From contig NZ_CP065936.1 of NCBI RefSeq assembly GCF_003367075.2, positions 210,001 to 242,000 on the forward strand: DNA of 32,000 nucleotides, read 5' to 3'. Positions 8,580-18,068 of this stretch are shown one piece after another. The notes under the pieces were generated by a model that worked only from the letters and a program-made list of their open reading frames with translations, was not told where the DNA came from and searched no databases. Every line of letters starts with the position of its first letter. Position 1 is the first letter of the stretch. The translations under genes were made by a program, and so were the position numbers. Source of the DNA: Cylindrospermopsis raciborskii Cr2010. GTDB lineage: Bacteria > Cyanobacteriota > Cyanobacteriia > Cyanobacteriales > Nostocaceae.

Positions 8580-10007
8580 CTATGCTAACTGAGCAATTTC
8601 TGCTTCCATGGTCTTAGCAATCTCACCCAGTTTTTCTGGGGAGTTGGTTTCTATATAAACTCTGACCAGGGGTTCTGTACCTGATGGACGCAATAGGATC
8701 CAACTACCCTCTGCTAAATACAGTTTAATTCCATCCTTTCTACCTACTTCCTTAACGCTAATACCAGCTACTTGGGAAGGGGGATTTTGGGTGTAGGATT
8801 TAATTACAGCATTTTTGTGAGCTTCCGTTAGGTGTAAGTCTAAGCGGTTGTTGTATAGCGGTCCATCCGCTTCTGCTATGGCTTCCTGAACTAATTGACT
8901 TAATGGTTTACCCTCGTATGCTATAGCTTCTGCTACTAGCATATCAGCTAATACACCATCCTTTTCCGGAATATGCCCAATCACACTTAAACCACCGGAC
9001 TCTTCACCTCCAATTAACACGGTGGTTTCCCGCATTTTTTCGCCTATGTACTTAAAACCCACAGCGGTTTCATAAATTGGCAAACCATATTTGGCTGCAA
9101 AATTATCTAATAGGTGGGTAGTCGCTACGGTTCGCACTATGGCACCACTTTTACCTTTGTTTTTGATTAAATGTCTGGCTAAAACCAATAATACTGTATT
9201 GGGGGTCAGCACGTTACCCAGCTCATCTACAATCCCAAAGCGATCGCTATCACCATCCGTTGCTAAACCTAAATCAGCTTTGTCGTTTTTAACAGCTTCC
9301 ACTAGTTCTACCAGTTGGTCACCTTTAGGTTCTGGCATACCCCCGCCAAATAACACATCTCTCCAGGTGTGGAAACTTTCCAGTTGGGTTCCACAATACT
9401 GCAATACCTCGTCTAAATAACCACGGGATGTGGAATACAGGGCATCATATTTAACCTTTAAATTGGCACTCCTAATTTTTTCTACGTCCAGTAATTTGTA
9501 GATGAAATCAAGGTAAGCAGGTTTAGGATCAAAGGTGGAAATTGTGCCTGATGGATTAGATCCCGGTAATTCGTCCGATGCCGTTTCTATATTGGCGACA
9601 ATCGTATCCGTAATTTCTGGGGTAGCTGGACCTGCATAATCTGGTATGTATTTAATTCCACAATAGGGAGCTGGATTATGACTAGCGGTAAACATCAAAG
9701 CACCTGCGGAATTCAGATGTTTTGCATTGTAAGCTATGACTGGTGTTGGACAGTCTCGAACGGTAATTTTCACATTCCAACCTAAATCGGCCAAGACTGC
9801 TCCGGAGGTTCTGGCAAACTCATCAGCGAGAAATCTTGTGTCGTAGGCGATTAAAACAGGTCTACTCTTATCGTAGGCAGTTTCCAGATAGGCTGCTATT
9901 GCTCTAGTTACTTTTCTAACATTAGAAAAGGTAAAATCATCGGCAATAATTCCCCGCCATCCGTCTGTACCAAATTTGATTTTACCAGAATTGCTAGGAT
10001 TACTCAT
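8580..10007 (-). CDS. Phosphoglucomutase/phosphomannomutase family protein
   Basis: 475 aa. KFGTDGWRGIIADDFTF, TASHNPAPYCGIKY, ATDGDSDRFGIVDE, GGEESGGLS, RPSGTEPLVRVYIE. Confidence 0.93.
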   Translation of the reverse strand: MSNPSNSGKIKFGTDGWRGIIADDFTFSNVRKVTRAIAAYLETAYDKSRPVLIAYDTRFLADEFARTSGAVLADLGWNVKITVRDCPTPVIAYNAKHLNSAGALMFTASHNPAPYCGIKYIPDYAGPATPEITDTIVANIETASDELPGSNPSGTISTFDPKPAYLDFIYKLLDVEKIRSANLKVKYDALYSTSRGYLDEVLQYCGTQLESFHTWRDVLFGGGMPEPKGDQLVELVEAVKNDKADLGLATDGDSDRFGIVDELGNVLTPNTVLLVLARHLIKNKGKSGAIVRTVATTHLLDNFAAKYGLPIYETAVGFKYIGEKMRETTVLIGGEESGGLSVIGHIPEKDGVLADMLVAEAIAYEGKPLSQLVQEAIAEADGPLYNNRLDLHLTEAHKNAVIKSYTQNPPSQVAGISVKEVGRKDGIKLYLAEGSWILLRPSGTEPLVRVYIETNSPEKLGEIAKTMEAEIAQLA

Positions 10008-10021
10008 TTTACTACTCTCTC

Positions 10022-10149
10022 TTGTAGATTATGATTACTCTAAGTAGGGAGGCACAATTATGTGTAGGATGGGTTTGACCCATGCGGGCGTTGGGTTTCA
10101 TACTTCAACCCAACCTACGTTCTCTCTGTTGTAGATTATGATTACTCTA
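10022..10149. repeat. Twin-hairpin palindromic element bracketed by a perfect 21-bp direct repeat
   Basis: TTGTAGATTATGATTACTCTA at 10022-10042 and 10129-10149. Between them: ATGGGT-TTG-ACCCAT (10069-10083) and GTTGGGTT...AACCCAAC (10090-10114), with outer near-complementary arms GTAGGATGGGTTTGA (10064-10078) / TTCAACCCAACCTAC (10104-10118). Confidence 0.75.
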
Positions 10150-10175
10150 CTGTTCTTGATTATTTCAGATGTTGA

Positions 10176-11900
10176 TCAAACCATTCCATTGGGACTGACA
10201 TTTTCTTCCTGGTCTTTATGCTCTGAGAATTCTATGGGTGGTAATTCCTTGAGGATGGTAAACCGAATGTGGTTAATGGCTAATTCACCAATGGATAACT
10301 CTTCCTTGGTTAATCTTTGACCATTGCTGCTTATGGTTTCAAAGGAAACCCCTTTACCAATTTCAATATGGTACCAACATAAACCCATGAAAAATCTGGT
10401 GGGGTAGGGACCATAATCTCCAATGTCGTCTGGATTGGATTCCATGGGTAACCAACCAAAATTGGGAATGTAAAACTCTAACCACACGTGATTAAAGTCC
10501 GGTTGCAGGGGAACGCCTTTTAATTCTGGGTAGGGTGGACATTTATATCTACCCACTGTGCGACAGGGAATGCCATTTAAACGACATAAAGCTAGTAATA
10601 CACCTACGTATTCTCCACAGGAACCAACTCCTCGATCTAGCACTATATCGGGTGTGTCTATATGGGGCTTAATTCCGTATGATAGCTCATCATAAACGTA
10701 GTTACGAATGCTATACATTTTGCGCAGTAGGTTGGTTTCTGAACCCACAGCTTCATGAGCAGCACGCCGCACGATGACCGTATTCATCGCTAAATCGTCG
10801 TCATCTACTAAATAGCGTGTTTGTAATTCCAAGGTCGGTTCTGGTATTTCTTCCGTATCTTTGGGAGTAATACGATACTTAATACCTCGTACTTCCAATA
10901 GTGCCTTCCAACCAAATATATGCCTTTCGCCGGGAACAAGGGTATCAAATTTGAACACTGCAATCCTTTGTCCGGAAATTACCTCTTCGGTGAAGGGTAG
11001 ACCAATGGGCTCTACCTGTTTGACTTTTTGCCTTTCAGTTTCCGATGGGAGTGCAATACGCCATTCAATATCGGTTAAGTAAACTTCTTCTAGGGGAGCA
11101 ATTTCTTCAACATAGGACATTTCCACCAAATAACCATTAGATAGTCCATAGCGTTTATCTGAATCATAATGATAGTGCAATGGATGAATAAAGGTTACGT
11201 CCCGATAGGTTAATTCGTGATTAGGATCAGCATTAGGGTTGTCACGAATGTAAGGCTCCTCCAAAGAATAGGAGACGTATAAAATATCTTTATCTGTATG
11301 GTCTTGATGGTATATGGCAATACCAGTTGGGGATGCAAAGGGAGTAAGGACACTAAAACGAACTTCTCCAGTAGCCCGATCCATTGAGTAGACAGTTTGT
11401 TCCGTGCGATCGCATATCCAAAGGGTTTCCTGACTGACTGCTAAATTTTGTTTACCTACTCCAGGGGCGTAGAATCGGGTAATTTCTTTACGTGTGTCTC
11501 TGTCAAAAATCAGGATATAACCCATTCTCTGACAGCTAATATAAACAGTGGCATCCCAAACAGCAATGCCATCAGCATTATATGGTAGGGTGGCAAAATG
11601 TTCCAAACCCAGGGAGTTTAGTTTACATAAATAGACGCTATTACCACGGGTAACCCAAAGGGTGTCTTCCCAAACTGCTAAACCGGTGACATCAGTAAAT
11701 TCTTTTACCTGGTGAGGATTGAGAATTTTACTATTGTCGGAAACCGGGTCAATTTGGAGTAAATGTCCCTTGAGGGAGTCAATGGCAAGGAGTTGATCTT
11801 TAATAAAAGCGATACCATAGATGGTAGCAGCAGTCACTGGTCGAATTGTTTTTTGCCCAAACATCTGGCTAACATTGAAATTAGGGAGTATCAAACTCAT
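10176..11900 (-). CDS. Transglutaminase-like domain protein with N-terminal beta-propeller-like repeats
   Basis: 574 aa. C-terminal Cys-His-Asp triad region VLDRGVGSCGEYVGVLLALCRLNGIPCRTVGRY...DFNHVWLEFYIPNFGWLPMESNPDDIG. N-terminal repeated LWVTRGNSVYL / VYISCQRMGYILIFDRDT / LWICDRTEQTVYSMD units. Confidence 0.85.
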   Translation of the reverse strand: MSLILPNFNVSQMFGQKTIRPVTAATIYGIAFIKDQLLAIDSLKGHLLQIDPVSDNSKILNPHQVKEFTDVTGLAVWEDTLWVTRGNSVYLCKLNSLGLEHFATLPYNADGIAVWDATVYISCQRMGYILIFDRDTRKEITRFYAPGVGKQNLAVSQETLWICDRTEQTVYSMDRATGEVRFSVLTPFASPTGIAIYHQDHTDKDILYVSYSLEEPYIRDNPNADPNHELTYRDVTFIHPLHYHYDSDKRYGLSNGYLVEMSYVEEIAPLEEVYLTDIEWRIALPSETERQKVKQVEPIGLPFTEEVISGQRIAVFKFDTLVPGERHIFGWKALLEVRGIKYRITPKDTEEIPEPTLELQTRYLVDDDDLAMNTVIVRRAAHEAVGSETNLLRKMYSIRNYVYDELSYGIKPHIDTPDIVLDRGVGSCGEYVGVLLALCRLNGIPCRTVGRYKCPPYPELKGVPLQPDFNHVWLEFYIPNFGWLPMESNPDDIGDYGPYPTRFFMGLCWYHIEIGKGVSFETISSNGQRLTKEELSIGELAINHIRFTILKELPPIEFSEHKDQEENVSPNGMV

Positions 11901-12052
11901 ATTATTCCGTCATATTATTCATATTATTTTATTGGTGGTCTCCACTGTTTACAGTAACTAGTCACCAATGAGGTATTTGATGGAATTTCTGCCATCACTC
12001 AATTATGATCGAATTTTGTAACCATTTCCCGTAACTTACACAAACTTACACA

Positions 12053-14914
12053 ATGTCTGCCCATTCTTTGCCTGAAGATGCCGCAGTTTGGCATAGTTTA
12101 GAGATAGATAAAGCTTTAGAGCTGCTTGATAGTAATGCTGATGATGGCTTAACACCATCCCAAGTTGAAGAACGTTTACTCAAGTATGGTTCTAATGAAC
12201 TGGAAGAACACGGTGGACGTAGTCCCTGGCAAATTCTCCTCGACCAGTTCACTAACATCATGTTGTTGATGCTGATTGGTGTGGCCTTCATTTCTGGTTT
12301 TTTGGACTTTTTGTCCCTACAACAGGGGACCTTAAAGTTAGGGGAAGTTCCTTTTAAAGATACAATTGCAATTATGGCAATTGTGATTCTTAATGGTGTA
12401 CTTGGATATGTCCAAGAAAGCCGAGCAGAAAAAGCTTTAGCAGCTTTGAAAAAGCTATCATCTCCCTCAGTGCGTGTACTTCGCAATGGCAAATTAGCGG
12501 ATATAGCAGGGAAAGACCTTGTACCCGGTGATGTGATGTTGCTGGAAGCAGGAGTGCAGGTAGCTGCTGATGGACGTTTACTGGAACAGTCAAACCTGCA
12601 AATCAGAGAGTCCGCCCTGACCGGTGAAGCTGAAGCAGTAAGTAAACAAGCTGTACTTACCTTGCCTAAAGATGCTGCATTGGGCGATCGCCTAAATTTA
12701 GTTTTTCAAGGAACAGAGGTAGTTCAAGGTCGTGCCAAGGTTGTGGTCACTAATACTGGGATGACAACAGAGCTGGGAAAAATAGCTGCTATGCTCCAAT
12801 CGGTGGATAGTGAACCTACCCCTTTACAGCAGCGCATGACCCAATTGGGTAATGTGTTAGTCACCGGTTCTTTAGTATTAGTAGGGATTGTTGTCCTAAC
12901 TGGCATCATCCAAGCGCGTGGTTTTAGTAACATACAAGAACTGCTGGAAGTATCCCTCAGCATGGCAGTAGCAGTAGTCCCAGAAGGTTTACCTGCGGTA
13001 ATTACCGTAACTCTGGCTTTGGGGACTCAACGCATGGTCCGTCATCATGCTTTAATTCGCAAACTCCCAGCAGTGGAAACCTTAGGATCGGTAACCACTA
13101 TCTGTTCCGATAAAACCGGGACTTTAACTCAAAACAAAATGGTGGTGCAGTCCGTTTACACTAATCAAAAAGGTTTTAGAGTTACAGGGGAAGGTTATGC
13201 TCCCGTGGGTGATTTTCAATTAAAAGGGCAGAATATTGATTTAGAAGACCATCCAGAAATATCTGGTTTATTAGTGGCCTGTGCTGTATGTAATGACTCC
13301 GTACTACAAAAGGAAGCTGGAGAATGGGCAATTTTGGGAGACCCCACTGAAGGAGCTTTAATGACCTTGGCGGGGAAAGCTAGTATTGAAAGAGATCAGT
13401 GGAATAGCAAATTACCCCGGGTGTCTGAGTTTCCCTTTTCTTCTGAACGCAAACGCATGAGCGTGATCTCCCAAATACAGGAAGTGGCCACTGGTAATCC
13501 TGGCATTAGTGGTGTTGACCCCATAATAGCTGGATTTGTCAGTTCAGAACCCTATTTAATGTTCACTAAAGGTTCCCCAGAATTAACTTTGGCTCGCTGT
13601 AATCAAATTTACTTGGGTAATGGCAGTTTTCCCATAGAAGAGGAGCAACGTAGTCAAATTCTGATTGCCAATGATCAAATGGCTTCCCAGGGTTTACGAG
13701 TTCTGGGTTTGGCCTATAAACCTTTGAAGGAAATCCCACCAGAAGCATCCGAGGATACCTCAGAAAATGAGTTGGTGTGGTTAGGTTTAGTGGGTATGTT
13801 GGATGCACCCCGCCCAGAAGTACGTGCAGCTGTCGCAGAATGTCGTCAAGCTGGAATTCGCCCCATTATGATTACTGGTGACCATCAGTTAACTGCACGG
13901 GCGATCGCTGTGGATCTGGGTATTGCTGATAAGGATGCTAGGGTGGTTACCGGTCAAGATTTACAACGGATGAGTGACCAGGAAATAGAAGACCAGGTAG
14001 ATTTAGTCAGCATTTACGCTAGAGTTTCTCCCGAACATAAATTGCGAATTGTTCAAGCATTGCAAAGACGCGGTAGATTTGTGGCCATGACAGGTGATGG
14101 GGTTAATGACGCTCCTGCTCTTAAACAAGCTGATATTGGTATTGCGATGGGCATTACTGGTACAGATGTGAGCAAGGAAGCTAGCGATATGGTGTTGTTG
14201 GATGACAACTTTGCTACCATAGTAGCAGCTACTAAAGAAGGTAGAGTGGTTTATACGAATATTAGAAGGTTTATTAAGTACATTTTGGGCAGTAATATCG
14301 GTGAGGTTCTCACCATTGCAGCAGCACCAATTTTGGGTTTGGGAGGTGTTCCCCTCACCCCTTTACAAATTCTGTGGATGAACCTGGTAACTGATGGTCT
14401 ACCAGCTTTGGCTTTAGCTGTGGAACCCCCGGAACCGGATGTGATGCAGCGCCCCCCCTTTAGTCCCCGGGAAAGTATTTTTGCCAGAGGACTGGGATCT
14501 TACATGGTTCGCATTGGCATTGTATTTGCCATCATCACTATTATCCTGATGGAATGGGCTTATTTCCATGTTAAGTCCGCAACGGGAGATGGTCTGAGTC
14601 CTGAACGCTGGAAAACTATGGTTTTTACCTCTTTGTGTATCGCCCAAATGGGCCATGCGATCGCCATTCGTTCTAATAACCAACTGACAATTGAAATGAA
14701 TCCCCTATCCAATATATTTGTGTTAGGAGCAGTAATTGCAACAACTATTTTACAGTTGTTATTAATCTATGTTCCACCTCTGAGGGATTTCTTTGGTACC
14801 CATTATTTACCTTTAGATGAACTATTTATCTGTATAGGGTTTAGTGCCTTAATGTTTGTTTGGGTTGAGTGCGAAAAAATATTCTTCCGGGTTATGGGTA
14901 AGAAGAATGTTTAA
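12053..14914 (+). CDS. Cation-translocating P-type ATPase (type II, Ca2+-ATPase/PacL-like)
   Basis: 953 aa. [61 protein letters not shown]-terminal cation ATPase domain, and C-terminal TM block. Confidence 0.92.
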   Translation: MSAHSLPEDAAVWHSLEIDKALELLDSNADDGLTPSQVEERLLKYGSNELEEHGGRSPWQILLDQFTNIMLLMLIGVAFISGFLDFLSLQQGTLKLGEVPFKDTIAIMAIVILNGVLGYVQESRAEKALAALKKLSSPSVRVLRNGKLADIAGKDLVPGDVMLLEAGVQVAADGRLLEQSNLQIRESALTGEAEAVSKQAVLTLPKDAALGDRLNLVFQGTEVVQGRAKVVVTNTGMTTELGKIAAMLQSVDSEPTPLQQRMTQLGNVLVTGSLVLVGIVVLTGIIQARGFSNIQELLEVSLSMAVAVVPEGLPAVITVTLALGTQRMVRHHALIRKLPAVETLGSVTTICSDKTGTLTQNKMVVQSVYTNQKGFRVTGEGYAPVGDFQLKGQNIDLEDHPEISGLLVACAVCNDSVLQKEAGEWAILGDPTEGALMTLAGKASIERDQWNSKLPRVSEFPFSSERKRMSVISQIQEVATGNPGISGVDPIIAGFVSSEPYLMFTKGSPELTLARCNQIYLGNGSFPIEEEQRSQILIANDQMASQGLRVLGLAYKPLKEIPPEASEDTSENELVWLGLVGMLDAPRPEVRAAVAECRQAGIRPIMITGDHQLTARAIAVDLGIADKDARVVTGQDLQRMSDQEIEDQVDLVSIYARVSPEHKLRIVQALQRRGRFVAMTGDGVNDAPALKQADIGIAMGITGTDVSKEASDMVLLDDNFATIVAATKEGRVVYTNIRRFIKYILGSNIGEVLTIAAAPILGLGGVPLTPLQILWMNLVTDGLPALALAVEPPEPDVMQRPPFSPRESIFARGLGSYMVRIGIVFAIITIILMEWAYFHVKSATGDGLSPERWKTMVFTSLCIAQMGHAIAIRSNNQLTIEMNPLSNIFVLGAVIATTILQLLLIYVPPLRDFFGTHYLPLDELFICIGFSALMFVWVECEKIFFRVMGKKNV

Positions 14915-14961
14915 CAGTTAATTGGGGGAATGGGGAAATGGGTTAAATCTTCCATATCAAA

Positions 14962-16071
14962 ATGTATTTACAATCTTTAGAGCTGCGACATTTTCGCAAT
15001 TATCAGGAACAAAAAGTTGAGTTTACAGCACCGAAAACCATCTTAGTTGGTAATAATGCCCAGGGAAAATCTAATTTATTGGAGTCAGTGGAGTTATTGG
15101 CCACATTAAGATCCCATCGTTTGGGTAAGGATCGTGATTTTATTCAGGAGGGTGCAGAAATAGCACAAGTCAGTGCGATATTAGAAAGAATAACGGGAGT
15201 CAATGATTTAACCTTACATTTGCGTCGAAATGGTCGTCGCAGCGTGGCTATAAATGGAGAGAAAGTTCGCAGACAAATGGATTTTCTGGGTATTTTAAAT
15301 GCCGTAGAATTTTCTAGTTTAGACTTAGAATTAGTGAGGGGTAGTCCCGCCATTCGTCGGACTTGGTTAGACACTCTCTTAGTGCAGTTGGAACCCGTAT
15401 ATGCCCATATCTTGCATCAATATAACCAGGTCCTGCGTCAACGTAATGCATTTTTAAAAACCAGTCAACAGACGGGAATCAAAAATCATGATTCTGAATT
15501 AGCAATTTGGGACGCCCAGTTAGTCACTACGGGAACAAAAGTTATGAGAAGGCGAAATAGGGCAATTCAGAGACTAGCACCCATTGCGACAGATTGGCAT
15601 TCGAGTATTAGCGGTAAAACGGAAAAACTACAAATCAACTATATGCCCAATGTACCAATACCAATAGATGAAGAATTACCACATTTTTTTTTGGACAGAG
15701 TGCAACAGCATTCTCCTATAGAATTACATCGGGGTACAACTTTAGTTGGACCTCACCGAGATGAAATAGAATTAATAGTTAATGGAACTCCCGCTCGTCA
15801 ATATGCTTCCCAAGGTCAGCAGCGTACATTGGTTTTAGCGTTAAAATTGGCGGAACTACAGTTAATTGAAGAAGTGGTTAATGATACTCCTTTACTATTA
15901 TTGGATGATGTGTTGGCAGAATTAGATCTTTCGCGCCAAAATCAATTATTGGATGCTATTCAAGATCGGTTTCAGACTTTAATTACGACCACTCATTTGG
16001 GAGCATTTGATGCCCAATGGCTAAATTCTTCACAAATTCTCTTTGTCAAATCCGGAACAATTTCTAAATAA
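14962..16071 (+). CDS. recF: DNA replication/repair protein RecF
   Basis: 369 aa. MYLQSLELRHFRNYQEQ, Walker A VGNNAQGKSNLLES, TTLVGPHRDE, SQGQQRTLVLALKLAEL, LLLLDDVLAELD. Confidence 0.95.
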   Translation: MYLQSLELRHFRNYQEQKVEFTAPKTILVGNNAQGKSNLLESVELLATLRSHRLGKDRDFIQEGAEIAQVSAILERITGVNDLTLHLRRNGRRSVAINGEKVRRQMDFLGILNAVEFSSLDLELVRGSPAIRRTWLDTLLVQLEPVYAHILHQYNQVLRQRNAFLKTSQQTGIKNHDSELAIWDAQLVTTGTKVMRRRNRAIQRLAPIATDWHSSISGKTEKLQINYMPNVPIPIDEELPHFFLDRVQQHSPIELHRGTTLVGPHRDEIELIVNGTPARQYASQGQQRTLVLALKLAELQLIEEVVNDTPLLLLDDVLAELDLSRQNQLLDAIQDRFQTLITTTHLGAFDAQWLNSSQILFVKSGTISK

Positions 16072-16075
16072 TATA

Positions 16076-16438
16076 ATGGAAATCATTCAAAGTCTCCACA
16101 CCACCATACTGGTCACTGACTTAGAAAAGTCAGAACAATTTTATGGCACTATATTAGGACTGGCTAAAATTGAACGCCCCCTGAAATATCCAGGTGTATG
16201 GTATCAAATTGGTCACCATCAAATACATTTAATTCTTGCTCCATCTGTTCCTACTCAAAACCAAAATCACAAATGGAGTCTGAATCCCCATATAGCTTTC
16301 TCTGTTCTAGATTTGACCACAGCACAGCTAGAACTACAAAACCAGAATGTGACCTTTCAAACCAGCTCATCTGGTCGTCGCGCCATTTTTATCCAAGATC
16401 CAGATGGTAATATTGTTGAGCTGGCCCAAGCAGGATAA
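16076..16438 (+). CDS. VOC (glyoxalase/bleomycin-resistance-like) family protein
   Basis: LHTTILVTDLEKSEQFYGTILGLAKIERP and AIFIQDPDGNIVELAQ. The internal ATG at 16076 is more plausible than 16043, which overlaps recF. Confidence 0.85.
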   Translation: MEIIQSLHTTILVTDLEKSEQFYGTILGLAKIERPLKYPGVWYQIGHHQIHLILAPSVPTQNQNHKWSLNPHIAFSVLDLTTAQLELQNQNVTFQTSSSGRRAIFIQDPDGNIVELAQAG

Positions 16439-16496
16439 TTCCTGGTAAAATGACTTTCTATCACAAATTTTTTATCCCCAAGGAATCCAGGAAATT

Positions 16497-18047
16497 ATGG
16501 CCCGTCTGGCATTAATAAGTGTATCTAATAAAACAGGTATAATTGACTTGGCCCGTACCTTAGTAGAGGAATTTCAGTTTGATATTGTTAGTAGTGGAGG
16601 AACAGCTAAAACCCTGAAGGAAGCTGGAATACCTGTCACTAAAGTGTCTGATTACACTGGATCTCCTGAAATATTAGGGGGACGAGTTAAAACTCTTCAT
16701 CCTCGTGTCCATGGTGGTATTTTGGCACAACGTGACATTCCTCAAGATATGATGGATCTGGAAAACAATCAAATTCATCCTATTGATCTGGTTGTTGTCA
16801 ATCTATATCCCTTTGAAGAAACTATTGCCCACTCTGATACCACCCTAACCCAAGCAGTAGAACAAATTGATATTGGGGGCCCAGCAATGTTGCGCGCTGC
16901 ATCAAAGAACTTTGCCCATGTAACGGTATTATGTAATCCTGAACAATATGGTAGTTATTTGCAGCAATTACGCGAAAATGCCTCTGTCTCTTGGGAATTT
17001 CGCCAAAAATGCGCCTTGCAGGGATTCTCGCACACAGCTAGTTATGATCATGCGATCGCAACTTATCTCTCAGAGAGAGAAAATCCCAGTTTATCTGAAA
17101 ATGACCTGACAGAAAACTACAGTATTGCGGGTAAGCGAATTCAAACCCTACGTTATGGTGAAAATCCTCATCAACCTGCAACCTGGTATGGGACAGGTAG
17201 TAAGCCAACTGGTTGGACTTCAGCAATAAAGTTGCAAGGTAAGGAACTTAGCTATAATAATTTAGTAGATTTAGAAGCTGCTAGACAAATTATTGCTGAA
17301 TTTACAGATCTGCCAGCAGCGACAATTATTAAACATAATAATCCCTGTGGAACTGCTGAAGCTGATACTATTTTTACTGCTTATCAAAATGCCTACAATG
17401 CTGATAGTGTATCGGCTTTTGGTGGAATTGTCGCCCTCAATCGCCCTATTGATACTCCAACTGCATTGGAACTAACTAAGACATTTCTAGAATGCGTAGT
17501 TGCTCCCGATTGTGATCAAGAAGCACAAGGGATTTTAAATAAAAAGGGTAATGTGCGAGTCTTAATTTTACCAGACCTATGGAGTGGACCAAAGGAAACA
17601 GTCAAAGCAATAGCAGGTGGTCTTCTAGTACAAACTGCTGATGATACAATTGCTGATAGTGCTAAATGGCAGGTTGTCACTAAAGTTAAACCTACTCCAG
17701 AAGAATTGGCAGAATTACTATTCGCTTGGAAAGTTTGCAAGCATGTCAAATCTAATGCTATTGTAATCAGTAAACAGAGAACCACTCTAGGTGTGGGTGC
17801 AGGCCAAATGAATCGGGTTGGTTCAACCAAAATAGCTCTAGAACAAGCGGGAGCAGGAACTAAAGGTGCTGTTTTAGCCAGTGATGGTTTTTTCCCCTTC
17901 GACGATACAGTGAGAACAGCTGCTGCTGCTGGTATTACTGCTATTGTGCAACCAGGAGGAAGTTTACGAGATCAAGATTCCATCAAAGCTGCTGACGAGC
18001 TTGGTTTATCAATGGTGATGACTGGTGTGAGGCATTTTTTGCATTAG
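16497..18047 (+). CDS. purH: Bifunctional AICAR transformylase/IMP cyclohydrolase
   Basis: 516 aa. ALISVSNKTGIIDLARTL, GGRVKTLHPRVHGGILAQRD, NLYPFEET, IDIGGPAMLRAASKNF, KHNNPCGTA, FFPFDDTVRTAAAAGI, IVQPGGSLRDQDSI. Confidence 0.97.
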   Translation: MARLALISVSNKTGIIDLARTLVEEFQFDIVSSGGTAKTLKEAGIPVTKVSDYTGSPEILGGRVKTLHPRVHGGILAQRDIPQDMMDLENNQIHPIDLVVVNLYPFEETIAHSDTTLTQAVEQIDIGGPAMLRAASKNFAHVTVLCNPEQYGSYLQQLRENASVSWEFRQKCALQGFSHTASYDHAIATYLSERENPSLSENDLTENYSIAGKRIQTLRYGENPHQPATWYGTGSKPTGWTSAIKLQGKELSYNNLVDLEAARQIIAEFTDLPAATIIKHNNPCGTAEADTIFTAYQNAYNADSVSAFGGIVALNRPIDTPTALELTKTFLECVVAPDCDQEAQGILNKKGNVRVLILPDLWSGPKETVKAIAGGLLVQTADDTIADSAKWQVVTKVKPTPEELAELLFAWKVCKHVKSNAIVISKQRTTLGVGAGQMNRVGSTKIALEQAGAGTKGAVLASDGFFPFDDTVRTAAAAGITAIVQPGGSLRDQDSIKAADELGLSMVMTGVRHFLH

Positions 18048-18068
18048 CATGACAAATAAAAATTAACA

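Noticed and set aside
9091-9420. 109-aa + strand ORF antisense to the phosphoglucomutase gene (likewise 12046-12492 -, 20766-21113 +, 13566-13808 -, 21662-21919 +)
   Set aside because: These are shadow ORFs opposite strongly supported genes, with low-complexity Ser/Pro-rich translations and no independent motif.
16043-16075. Extended VOC ORF overlapping the recF 3' end
   Set aside because: The first 11 residues are recF sequence read in another frame. ATG 16076 gives a normal-looking N-terminus.
17290-17475. Short ORFs such as 17293-17475 (+) and 17038-17226 (-) inside purH
   Set aside because: Out-of-frame or antisense to a full-length, well-conserved purH.
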